62,801 nucleotides of DNA from Chara braunii. Lineage: Eukaryota; Plantae; Charophyceae. Both the position numbers and the translations under genes were made by a program. Positions within the stretch are counted from its first letter, which is position 1; every line of letters begins with the position of its first letter. Below are positions 52,126-62,801 of the stretch, in pieces. The notes under the pieces are model-generated. The model saw nothing but the letters and a program-made list of their open reading frames with translations, searched no databases and was not told the origin of the DNA. The DNA lies in assembly GCA_003427395.1 (NCBI GenBank), contig BFEA01000010.1, positions 5,258,040 to 5,320,840 on the forward strand. The letters run 5' to 3'.

Positions 52126-53254
52126 TGCATCTCAATCTCACGGTTCAAGCTCTTCAGAAATTCATTTAGAGACTCAAGCTAAGCTTGTTTTAATGCGGTT
52201 ACGAGAGTGGATAATTTAGGAGGAAGTGGTGATAGTAGCCAGGGCGATGTATTTTTAGCACATGCCTGTGGCGGGTTATTATAGTGTGTAAGTTTGTATG
52301 CAGGGGGATCTTGTGTGTGCATAGTGAACTGAAGGAGTGGTAGTTGGTTTATATCTACATGTCATTGCGTGGCTTTATGTAAGACGATTTTAGTAGTGTT
52401 TTTCGTGTTATGGTCATATTTTGAAGAGTTGGTGGCGGTTCACAGGTGGATGGGTGAAATTAATAGTATGTGGCTGCACGTATCGTGTGTGTGTGTTTTT
52501 GTGGGGGATGAAGTTTTATATGTGTGTGACGGTAAGCAAGGATCATAGTGCATTGTATAGGGACGTTTTAGGTACTGTGGTTTATGCGGGCCAAGTAGTA
52601 ATGGGTGAGCTCTTCGGATAGGATGAGGGGAGGTGGGTTGGGGTGGGGGTGAGGTATTAGTATATTGCGATTGGTGTGAGTTTATAAATGTTTGTTTACA
52701 TGAGTATATATGGGTGCTTGGTTGACTGGGGCGGAGGAGGGGGTGGTGGTGGGAAAGTCGACTGATTGTAGTGCGTTGTGGTTGGGCTAAGGAGTTTTAT
52801 CAAGAGTGCGTTAGCATTTCAGTTGTGTATCCCAGGGTCTACCACGATAAGCTAGCAAATTTTAGCAAGTTATGTCGAGTGCGTAGCTATTTCATACGTA
52901 CTGTAAGGTGGGGAGTCTACCCTCACAATTGTATCAAGGCTCAATAGCCAGTGTGTGTGTTATAAAACAAATTGCAAAGCAATTGCAATACCTGGCCTAG
53001 CCTAGAACATTATTGAAAAAAACATATCACTCATGGTCACAAACAAGCATAGCATCTTGCTAGAGTATCGTGTGGGTCACCTTCGTACACCTACTGCCAA
53101 AGCTCGCCTTCTTTTATTACCCAGCATACCTGGAGATAGGAAAGAGGGGGACTGGTAGAGGACTGGAGGGGGGACGGGGAGAGAGAGAGAGAGGTAGATG
53201 TAAGAGAACCTTCTTCAGCAGGACCGATCTCCAGACCGAGGAAGGAGGGTGGCG

Positions 53255-53307
53255 CATCCCTGAAGTGTTTTTCGCCGTTTGCGCCAAACGGCTATTCAGA
53301 GGGTATG
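53255..53307 (-). ncRNA. Mutated copy of the type I hammerhead
   Basis: Stems I and II intact, core CTGAATA, loop III ACAC. Confidence 0.7.
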
Positions 53308-55249
53308 ATGGGCTACGTCCTTTAGGTGGCCTGCTACATCGACTGGTCCGATCACCAGTGGAGTAGGGGTGACCCTCGTAGCTCTTAGGAAGGAATGGAC
53401 AGTATGTGTATGGAGGGGGTGAGGGTGTGAGAGGAAGTGGAGGTCCGCTTGTAGATCTGGGTGGCCTTCTACATCTTCTGGACCAATTACTAGAGGAGTG
53501 GGGGCGACCCATGTAGCGTTTTGGTGGGAGAAAATGGATAGTGAGCCGAGGGGAGGGTGGGCGGGCATAGACGAAGGTTAAGGGTTATTTTTGGGAGTGG
53601 GGCATATTTTAAATCAGGGTTGCAGGAGAGGGTGTCAGTAGGTATGAAAGGTTTGGGGTTGGGGGTTGAGGGTAGGTGGGCGATCATTACCGCTGTCGGC
53701 GCGAATACCCTTACAAGGGTATCCGCCCTGGTTTTTGCAGATGGCAGAAGATGTGGGTTTGGTTAAAATAAGCCGTGCAAGGCGTGACCTCGTCCGGGAC
53801 CCGCCTGGGCTAAGCTAGGAGGTGTGTGGGCGCGCAGTTTTAAGGCGAGCGTGTAATTTTTTTTGTTTGAGTGGGCCGCCGGTCTAGTCGACCGATCCGG
53901 ACCGTGCCATGGGTTTGATTAAGGGATATAAGTTCGTTTTTTTGGTTGGCGCGCGCGACCGACGGTAGGATTGGCGCACGGGGTGGCGCGCGGGGGCAAC
54001 CATGGCGCGGTCTGGGTAAGCCGGCGCGGCTGCCTAGTGATGGCATGCCGGTTGTAGGGCCTAGGCTGTTTTTCCCAGGCCTAGGCACCACGTGGCACCA
54101 CTTCATATTGGAATCCGCGCCTAGTTGTTCCAAGCTGGGACATAGCCCTATAGGTCACGGTGTTGGACTACTGCTATGGAGGTTTGGGGATCGAGGCCGG
54201 TAGGCAGCCGCGCGGGAGCACTGGAGCAGCGGAAGGCTAAGGGGTTGAGGGTCCTGCAGGACTATCCCCCTTTTGTTTTGTCGGGGGAGTCTGGTCGTAG
54301 GCCCCGCCCCTTGGCACTAAGCCAGTCCCTCCCCCTCCTGACAGTATCTCGGGATGCTTGGGTTGGATTTGTTTTTTTTATTTTTATTGTTTTTCCAGGT
54401 TTTTGATGGCCCCGTTTCTGTTTGAGGACCCGACGCTGGCCCGCGGCCGCAACCCCCGCCGGCAGACCGGGAGTAAGGAGGCCGAGAGGCCTTTGGCGCC
54501 GCCACGGGGCATTACCCCGGCCGGAGTCCTTCGGGACTTTTGTAACGGTACGGAGAAGATCTGCACAGCCCCAGCGCCAGGGTGGGGCACGAAGAATCGG
54601 AAGGAACCCGAATGCAGACTGCACGGGGTACGCCCAGGCAAGAGGGGCCAAGGGGTGGGCGGATTGCCCCACGACCACAGTCGCCCGGCGGCGCCTGTTG
54701 CAGTAGCAAACAGGCGCCGACTGGTGTAAAGTCCTCCGGGACGTCTGGCAAAATTGGAACGACACAAAGGAGATTAGCGCGGCCCCGCGCGCGACCGATA
54801 CGCATAAATTTGGAGGGGGGGGGGCAGCGCCGGTTGTTAGTCGGTGCTTCGTATCGGTGACACTGTGGTCGGGACGGAGCGGTGCGGAGTGGCGTACGAG
54901 GTAGGGGTGATTGGCGGTGGGGACGACAGGATAGTGAGCTCGGCGCAGCAGTGGCGTAGATCAGAGGCAAGCAGTGGGGATAGGTGCAACGCACGGCTCG
55001 AGACGACGGGTGCGGCTACAGTGGTCGGGCGCAGAGCTGGCGATAGCGGGGCGACGGTGGGGGCGGGAGCCCGGTGAGGTGTAGGCGGGGGCGAAAGTGG
55101 ACAGTGGGGAGGAGACTGTGCAGAGGAACGGGCTATAGAAGGGAGTGCACCCGGACGCCATCTGCGTCCGGATTCATTCACAGATGGATCTGGGGAAGGT
55201 TGGGAGGAAGACAGTATTGTGTGCAGTTTGATTGGGTCGTTAAGGCTGG

Positions 55250-56190
55250 GAGGTCCCCATAAGTTTGGGGAAGCCCAACGCTTTGTTTATTTTGGTTTTG
55301 CATGGAGCAATCAGGCCGCTCTATAAGTTTAGGTAGCCTGAATGATCTGGAGGCTAGGAGGCCCCCATAAGTTTGGGGAGACCCGGTGATGTGAATTGCG
55401 TGGAGGGTCAGGACGCTCTATAAGTTTAGGTGACCTGACTGCTCTGACTTGTGAGGGTGATTGTGGATGATTTTCAGGGACCCAGGACGCTCTATAAGTT
55501 TAGGTATCTTGAGGCGCCTTGTTTATCTGGGAGTTCGTTCTGTTTGTTTGGTTCTGAACGAGGGGGGGTCTGAACCGCTCTATAAGTTTAGGTGGTTCAA
55601 CCCTTCTTCTGTTTTGTTCTGAGGGAGTAATTCTGGTAGGGGCAGGCCGCTCTATAAGTTTAGGTAGCCTGGCCCGCTGCCTTGTACAGACTGGATCAGA
55701 GAGGAACGAACCTGGCAGAGGATCAGACCGCTCTATAAGTTTAGGTAGACCGACCCAGTGCCTCGCACATATTGGATCCCAATGATTATAATTTGGTTAT
55801 ATTATATTACTATGTTATTAAGAACAGGCTAGTCAGGCCGCTCTATAAGTTTAGGTAGCCTTGCTATAGCTTATTATAACTGAAGAGAGTATAATCAAGA
55901 GATATAACTGAAGGTAAAATCTGGGCAGATTGAGCAATGTTCTACGTTGAGCGGCTCAGCCCTATGTCCACTTTGAAGATTAAGTTCAGAGAGATATATA
56001 CAACTTGGTTACTTAAACAGTTCAGGGCGACTAGAGTGGTCTAGTCATATGCCCAAAGAAGAGAGAAGTAGTTGTGCCTTCTGTTTTGTGTATATTTGGC
56101 TAAGTCAGATGCGCGCTATAAGTTTAGGTGATCTGACTTTAGGCCTGGCTAAGTTGGGCTCGCTCTGTAAGTTCAGGTGACCTGACCTAT
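55250..56190 (+). repeat. Array of 11 hairpins with invariant TAAGTT loop
   Basis: Loops at 55260, 55324, 55368, 55421, 55495, 55583, 55655, 55736, 55846, 56119 and 56168; stems co-vary. Confidence 0.85.
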
Positions 56191-56474
56191 GCCTTATGTA
56201 AGTTGGGCATAAAGGGGTAACTTACAGAAGGAGCCTGAACTATTGGTTGCTAAAGAGCTTGGGGTTGGTGAGAGTACTTACCTTTGTGGTTTGACCTGCA
56301 TATGGCTGAGTGAGATTACTACTTGGTCTGGGTTTCATGTTGACAGGTAGTTGCTTTAGAGGCTCGCCACGTGCTAGAGCGATAGGAGTAAGTTCAATTC
56401 TTGCATTTTTTGAGTTGGTTTTATCTTGCTTAGACTAATTCTTGTATTTTCTGGGACTCTTTGTTATACTTGGA

Positions 56475-57055
56475 CTTGTATAAATTTTCGTAAGTTATTG
56501 TCTCTACGGGAAGCGCTGCCGAAATTTCTACGAGTTCAAGGAGTTAGTCAAATTTTGACATGTCAAAGTTTAACTTGTCTTTTCTTTACATATGACTTAG
56601 TAAAATCTGGGAAGTCTCCTTTTCTAAAGGGAGTGCTGCTCAAATTTTTACTAATTCCGGGAGTTAGATAAAATTGGACTTTAAGAGGTCAAAGTTAGTC
56701 TTAAGTTCTGAACTTAGCTTTATATAAATTTTGGGAGATCACTTTTCTAGAGGGAGTGTTGCCGAAATTTCTGAAGAGCTAAAGAGTTAGTCAGATTTTG
56801 TTTAAGTTGGACTCAAGTTGTCTTTTCGAGTTCAAATCTGACTTAGTATAAATCTGGAGAGTCTCCCTTTCTAAAGGGAATGCTGCCAAAATTTTTACTA
56901 ATTCAGGGAATTAAACAAAATTTGACTTTCTAGAGTTACAAATTATTTCTGCATTTCATAATGGAGCGTATATAAATTCTGGAAAGACACTTTTCCTACG
57001 GGAAGCGCTGCCGAAATTTTCTCAGTTTTAAAGGAGATAGAATATATTTTGACAG
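56475..57055. repeat. ~123-bp tandem repeat, 5 diverged units with alternating A/B pattern
   Basis: Units start ~56479, 56600, 56723, 56847 and 56971; odd units share TGCCGAAATTT, even units share CTAAAGGGA.TGCTGC..AAATTTTTACTAATT. Confidence 0.75.
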
Positions 57056-60000
57056 GTGGCGACTCTGGCGATCCACCCTGAATAGGGGAGATTCTGCCAT
57101 TGGCCTACCTTTGCTTTGGGCACTGGCTAGAGGTAGACTTGGATTAGTTGGCAGACAACTTGAGTAAGGATGTGCTATGGAGGTCCATCCCCCATATGCT
57201 GATGATTTAACTTGGGCATTGACCTGTCTTATGGCACAGGCCTTCTCGGACGTTTGATTCAGGACTTGGACTAGTTTCATCTCGATCCTATAAGGATCGT
57301 CTTCTGTTATCGCTGATAACAGGTCGGTTGTCGATCTGTCGGTCTACGAATCAATTCCAACTCACTCTTCATACCCAATCTAAAAGGCTTTAGCCCTGGT
57401 GACTTTATTGTTTGTTAAGGGTTTCACCCAGACTTTTATTGAATGGTCATTTGACAAAGGTACTGAGTATTTAATTATGGTTGGTTGGACAGGAGGTTGG
57501 GGCTTGCATGGCTAAAGCAAGGGGTATGAGTACGGAGATTGTTTGGGGTTGACTCCGTGTAGTGCGTGTTTTGTTGTTCGATTCTTGATGTGATTGCAGG
57601 TATGTCCTGTGACTCGGATTTTGAATTTGGATTGCCTGCGATCCCATATATATACATATGGTTGTGAGGAGTCCCACTGTGCCTGTGAGAAGTGATCGTT
57701 GGAGCTCTATCTCCCTTATGCGTGTATGCTTGGGTGTACCTATGGTGGGTGTTCGCGAGGCCTAAAGGACCCCGCGTTTAAAACCTGCTTAAAGGTTAAG
57801 ACTGAGAGGCATAGGGAATACCTTTCCTTTTGCTTGTTTGCTTCTTGGGGGTTTCTTAGTCGGATGTTAGCCTTGGGCCGAGATTCAAGGTACTTGTCCA
57901 GGACATCCCTATCCCTAGACTCTGTAGGGGAAGAGCTTCCCCTCGCGCAGAGCCTATCTGCACTGGCCGTCGAGACACCTAACCCTGAAGGCGGAAATGT
58001 CGCGAGGGCCGAACGGCATGTCCTTCAGGCGTTCAATATCGTGAGGGGTGACCCCTCGCGATATATTCTTTCAGCCATTCAATATCGCGAGGCCGGAGCC
58101 GCCATCACCGCACATGACTAGCATCATCGGTCGGTACAGGATTGGCCTGCGGCCGCGCGACTTTATATTGAAGTTCTGCATGCGACGCTTCGCCACCCTG
58201 GCTTCTAAAGGTTATGGGACCAAAGGATTTATATGTGTGCACGACTGTCCAACAGTGATATAAGCCGCGGTAGCAACCAAAAGAGAAACGGGGATACCCG
58301 AATCGTGATTTTTTTGAGGACAGGGGGGGGGGCCTTCGGCCTACTCTTGCTTTTTAAGATTTGTATAGTTGGACGTTGTAGTCCGTGGCAGCCGTCAAAG
58401 TCAAACCCCTTGACTTCCGACCAGGCCTGGAGTAGGACTCATCCCCAGGGCCGCGAGAAACGACTGCCACCACATGTACGAACCTGTGTACCACCCGCTC
58501 TGCATAAGGTGCAGAAGAGGGTGTGTGGTCTCCAACCGCGCATGACGGTTGTCCAGCTTCGAAAGATTGACCCTCAAGGCGCGTGTCAGCCGACACTTGA
58601 GTGTCGAATGCGACCCTCGAGATTAACGAGGACCGCATGAGTATGTGTACTACATGGTACGCCATAAGTGCGACTGCTTGCGTACGTTTGGATTGCTAGT
58701 CGGTATGAGTAGGCCCTGCGTCCGCGCAGTTTTATACTAAGTCTCGCGCACGACGCCCATTTGACTTCCGCATCGAAAAGTTATGGGTTGGCTACCGAGG
58801 GGCTAGGAGCGTTGTCGCGTTGTTTGTGTTGTGTCGTGTTGTATGTGTGTGTGTGTTTTATTTTTGTGTTTGTAAAGTGGTGTGCTTGTGGTGTGTGGGA
58901 TGCGCTCTAGTCGACCGACGTCGAGCCGCGCTTGGGACTTCAGCCCCCCAAGATGTCGGTTCCCGTGCGGGCCCGACAGGCGTATTACCGCGCGTGCCCC
59001 CTATGCTACAGCGATCGAGAAACGCCCTCGGCTGGTCCACCTCTGCGATTGCAACTGATTAGCTTTCGTACTGTGAACTGGAAGCTCGGCGGGGATACGC
59101 CCACCGAAGGGAGGTGACACCTCCCGTAAGGTGGAGGTAAGTTGTGCCTCGCGTAGGCCCTATCTTGTCGTAGGGGCTCGCGAGAGGTATGGCTGGCGCA
59201 CTCGGCCGGAGCGGCCTAAGGAACTCCTTTTGCGTGTTCGTAATGAGGTCGGTCCAACTCCTGCGTGACACGACCGAGAGGGTCCCACGCTGCCACATGC
59301 GGTGCCGGACCGATGCGCTCGACAGCGTGCACGTTGATTTCTGCGTTCGTGACTTGTCCGTCTGTTGCAGAGGCCATGACGGGCATCGTTGGAGGATTGC
59401 GGAGCTCTGATACACTGCAGTCGAAGTTGTTCTGCGTGGTGCAAAGCCAAGGGTGCACCTTGGTCATGTTGTGTGTCCGAGGCTTGCCTTGCTTGCCAGC
59501 AGCGGCGTATGCAGCAGAAGGAAGGAGCTTGCGCTAGCGTTACAGTACTTGGCGCAGTCTGATATCTCCAGGCTGTGCTACTGATGTCTGTGAGCATGTC
59601 GGTTCCGTGGGAGCTTGTCAAGGCATCGGTATGCCGTTCGAGTGAGGAGGAACTAGGTGTCCTCGTGTGTATTTATGTAGTTGGTGTATGCCGCATCAAT
59701 GTAGGACTAGTCGTTGGGGAGTAGCGTGCGCTATGTGCAGTGTCTATACGTCTTCTTGTAGTTGCATTACTCTTGTAACTTTTAGTAAGCTGAGTTTTTT
59801 TTTGAGGGGGGGGGGGTGCGCTATTGGTTGCATGTGTGGTGCGATGGGCACCATATTTGGCCGTGTGGGTGTGGGGGTTTATGGTTTATTTTTTTGGGTG
59901 GGGCTAACCGTGTATTTCTGTTGTTCTGGGGGGAAGGCTAATCATGAATTCTTTTTTGTAGGGTGTAGCAGACCATCTGTGCGTTGTGGCTTGGCGGGGG

Positions 60001-60443
60001 ATTTTTTTTTGTTTGTCCGTAGCGATTGTGTTTTTTTTTTTAATTAAAAAAGTTGAAGGAGTTTTTTGTTTTCTTGTTTTGGTTATGGCAGTGCTTGCAT
60101 GGTTTTTGTCTTGCGTTAGCGTCAGCTCATGCTTGTGCTTTGTTTTTCTTGGGTTACTTGTCGTTTTCGCAACTTTGTCTTTTACTCTTTTCTTTTTGAG
60201 GGGGCGACTTTGTCCGTGTTTTCCGATTCAGTCTCGGTGTAGTTGACTGTTGACGTTTTTTTTGGTTACTAGTTCTTGTTCCTTTAGTTACTTTAGGCCT
60301 GTGTATGTTTTTACAGGGGGGTTCTCTCTTTTTTGGGTTTTTTTTTTTTTTTTNNNNNNNNNNNNNNNNNNNNNNNNNNNNNNNNNNNNNNNNNNNNNNN
60401 NNNNNNNNNNNNNNNNNNNNNNNNNNNNNNNNNNNNNNNNNNN

Positions 60444-60502
<59 letters not shown>

Positions 60503-61078
60503 ATGGCTCTTTTTTTATTGGGGGGTTGTGTTTTAGCGAGGATGTTTGCGCGTGCTATTTACCATGGTTTTATGGCTCCGTTTTCCCGGTTTTAGATTGG
60601 TCTTTGCTTTCTGTGTTTGTCGTTCAGTAGGCGAGGTGGTCCGTGCTGAGTGGGCTTATTGGCGTTTCGTGGTTTTGTCGGTTTTTTTTTTTTTTTTTTT
60701 TTCCATGCTGACAGTGTTCTTTTCACATTTTCTTTGGCTTTTAGTAAGGTATTGTATTTCGGTGGTAGTGTTCTGCTTGTACGGGTTTTATTGGGGGGGG
60801 TTNTTTTTTTTTTTTTGATTTTTTTTTGTTTTTTTTTTTGTGGTGGAATTATGTATGTGTATTAGGTAGTTGTAGTGCTCTGCTTGTACGGGTTAGTAAG
60901 TTGGTATTTTCTGTATCGTATATCTTATTGTTTTGTCTAGATGACCTGTATGGGTTTGTATGCTGTGGTGCTTCCTAATGTATCTGGTCCATATGTTTGC
61001 TAGTATGTATTAGATAGTTAAAACTTTATTATTTTGTATGTGTTATATATATATATAAATAAATAGTAGGTGTGTATG

Positions 61079-61117
<39 letters not shown>

Positions 61118-61499
61118 TTCCTCCTTCCTCCTGTGTGTGTGCGTGTATTTGATTGATTGATTGATTTTTCATACTTACCACCGTTCTTGTCAGGGGTTTG
61201 GACCGCCAGTCTGATACAAATTGCAAGGTTGGTGTGAGTAAAGTCGACCGCTTTTCTCTCAGGGGTATTGCTAACTTTGGGCGTGATGCTATATCCTTAT
61301 CCATCAGTCAAATGCATCCATGCCAGACTTTCGGGGTTCAACTTCCTGATGAGTCGGTGAAAGTTCGACTAAATAGTCAAGTATAGTCATGCTTTTTTTA
61401 ATAGTGTATATTGAATATGATAACACACACACACACACACGAAATAAAAAACGTCAAAAATTTGATAGTTTTTTCATTTTGACAACCGATCAATCAACG

Positions 61500-61531
<32 letters not shown>

Positions 61532-61553
61532 GATTGATATCATGCTCGACTGG

Positions 61554-61587
<34 letters not shown>

Positions 61588-61664
61588 AATTGATTGATTG
61601 ATTTATTGATTGACTACCTGATTGATTGACTGATTGATTGAGTGACCGATTGACTGATTGATTA

Positions 61665-61703
<39 letters not shown>

Positions 61704-61801
61704 AATTGATTGATTGATTGATTGATTGACTGATTGATTGATTGATTGACTGACTGACTGACTGACTAACGTAATGAAAGACTGGTTAACTGACTGACTG
61801 G

Positions 61802-61851
<50 letters not shown>

Positions 61852-62801
61852 CATGGAAATATGTTGGGACACACACACACACACACACACACAAACACCA
61901 CACACACACACACACCACACACACACACACATAGAGAGAGAGAGAGTGTCGAGATTGATTGATTGATTAATTAATACATTTATAAATTGATAGAGTGATC
62001 ACATAGCGCCTCCACATTACATAAAAAAGTCAGAGATCTACAGTCGTCGCAAATGGCTATTGCGCACAACGCCCACAAATAGAGTGAATACGAAAATATA
62101 AGCTCTGTCCACATCATCATCCTTCTGGTAAACACAATTGTAGATACGGATCACCATTGATATCCACCACACACACACTCACACATTCCGAGACCAGCTA
62201 AGGTAACTCACATGGCAGCAATGACTGCCATCTCTCTTAACTTATGGCTAACACACAGCGATGCACAATTCAAATTGGTACATGCTGACTACGATAGGTA
62301 GACCCCGAACTGGGGATTGCTAACTAAGCTACATAGGAGTGCAATCTGGAGACTTCGTACGGACAATCTTGTAGGATTACCATAGCATGTCCATAGTGGG
62401 AAAAAAAAAGTCAATTACACGGCCATAGCCCCGAAGTCGGCGCGTTCTGTTGTGTTCGTATTTAAACATGTTAACCGAAAAAAAAAATTCACAACATGAC
62501 AAACAAGTACAAAGAAATGAAAGAAGAGGGAAATTTAGGAGTTTAAGTTTTTACAAGATCTTGAAGAAGAAGACAAAAATGAAAAAGAAGAAGAGGAAAG
62601 AGAGTCGAGAAGAAGGGAAAAACACCAACGATCGTAAACCCTAAACAATGATGATGAGTACGACGTACGCATCATCATCATCGTCGTTACCCACCCCCTC
62701 CCGCGCCACCTTCAACCCCTTCGTCATCAGAGGTCGGCCACAAATGGTTAACAGGTACCCCCACTTTTTACCCCTAGGGTAACCTTCACCAGCCTCAGAA
62801 G

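Larger units (their letters stand above)
53694..59324. mobile_element. 5.6 kb segment absent from the other pseudo-LTR; possible solo LTR
   Basis: Ends TGTCG...CGACA; corresponding site at 46711-46725 reads ACCACGTGCACG; only GC appears duplicated. Confidence 0.55.
46007..61070 (-). mobile_element. Penelope-like retroelement with partial tandem (pseudo-LTR) structure
   Basis: 46007-46712 repeats at 52961-53687 and 46718-48430 repeats at 59326-61070, around a PLE-type RT; hammerheads in the repeats; both ends lie in (GT)n. Confidence 0.8.

Noticed and set aside
52400-52750. GIY-YIG endonuclease of the Penelope-like element
   Set aside because: Only a weak remnant (SLYNAL...NFIP) and no readable GIY/YIG motifs; not supportable by eye.
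53840-55262. Cluster of overlapping ORFs on both strands
   Set aside because: Expected in GC-rich sequence; no recognisable domain.
55250-56190. CRISPR array (repeat-spacer appearance)
   Set aside because: Eukaryotic context, no cas genes, irregular spacing, and repeat flanks vary while keeping pairing; better described as a hairpin array.

Overview
Repeat-dense eukaryotic nuclear DNA with no intact ordinary host gene and four assembly gaps. A green-plant (streptophyte) host is inferred from plant-type mitochondrial fragments and a plant tRNA-Asp primer site; Chara-like is a guess. (1) 63-28572 is one giant, decayed Ty3/Gypsy LTR retrotransposon on the minus strand, with ~6.7-6.8 kb LTRs. 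Between its primer site and gag lie six tightly packed, operon-like accessory ORFs from two protein families I do not recognise, and both families recur inside the LTRs. It also carries two mitochondrial DNA insertions (a scrambled ~2.5 kb mosaic and an atp4 fragment inside integrase) and an 8-bp-TSD DNA element. (2) 29056-41100 holds Helitron PIF1-helicase halves split by an apparent ~5.2 kb inversion, a Kolobok/MULE-like transposase with a convergent KolX-like ORF, several MITEs and a Sae2/CtIP-domain ORF. (3) 41140-62000 is a (GATT)n/(GT)n-rich satellite whose ~0.9-0.95 kb unit carries a degenerate type III hammerhead ribozyme. It is interrupted by a Penelope-like retroelement with type I hammerheads in its pseudo-LTRs. 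The upstream pseudo-LTR contains a 5.6 kb insert with eleven co-varying hairpins that all present the loop TAAGTT. All alignments and translations beyond the ORF track were done by eye; no searches were run.
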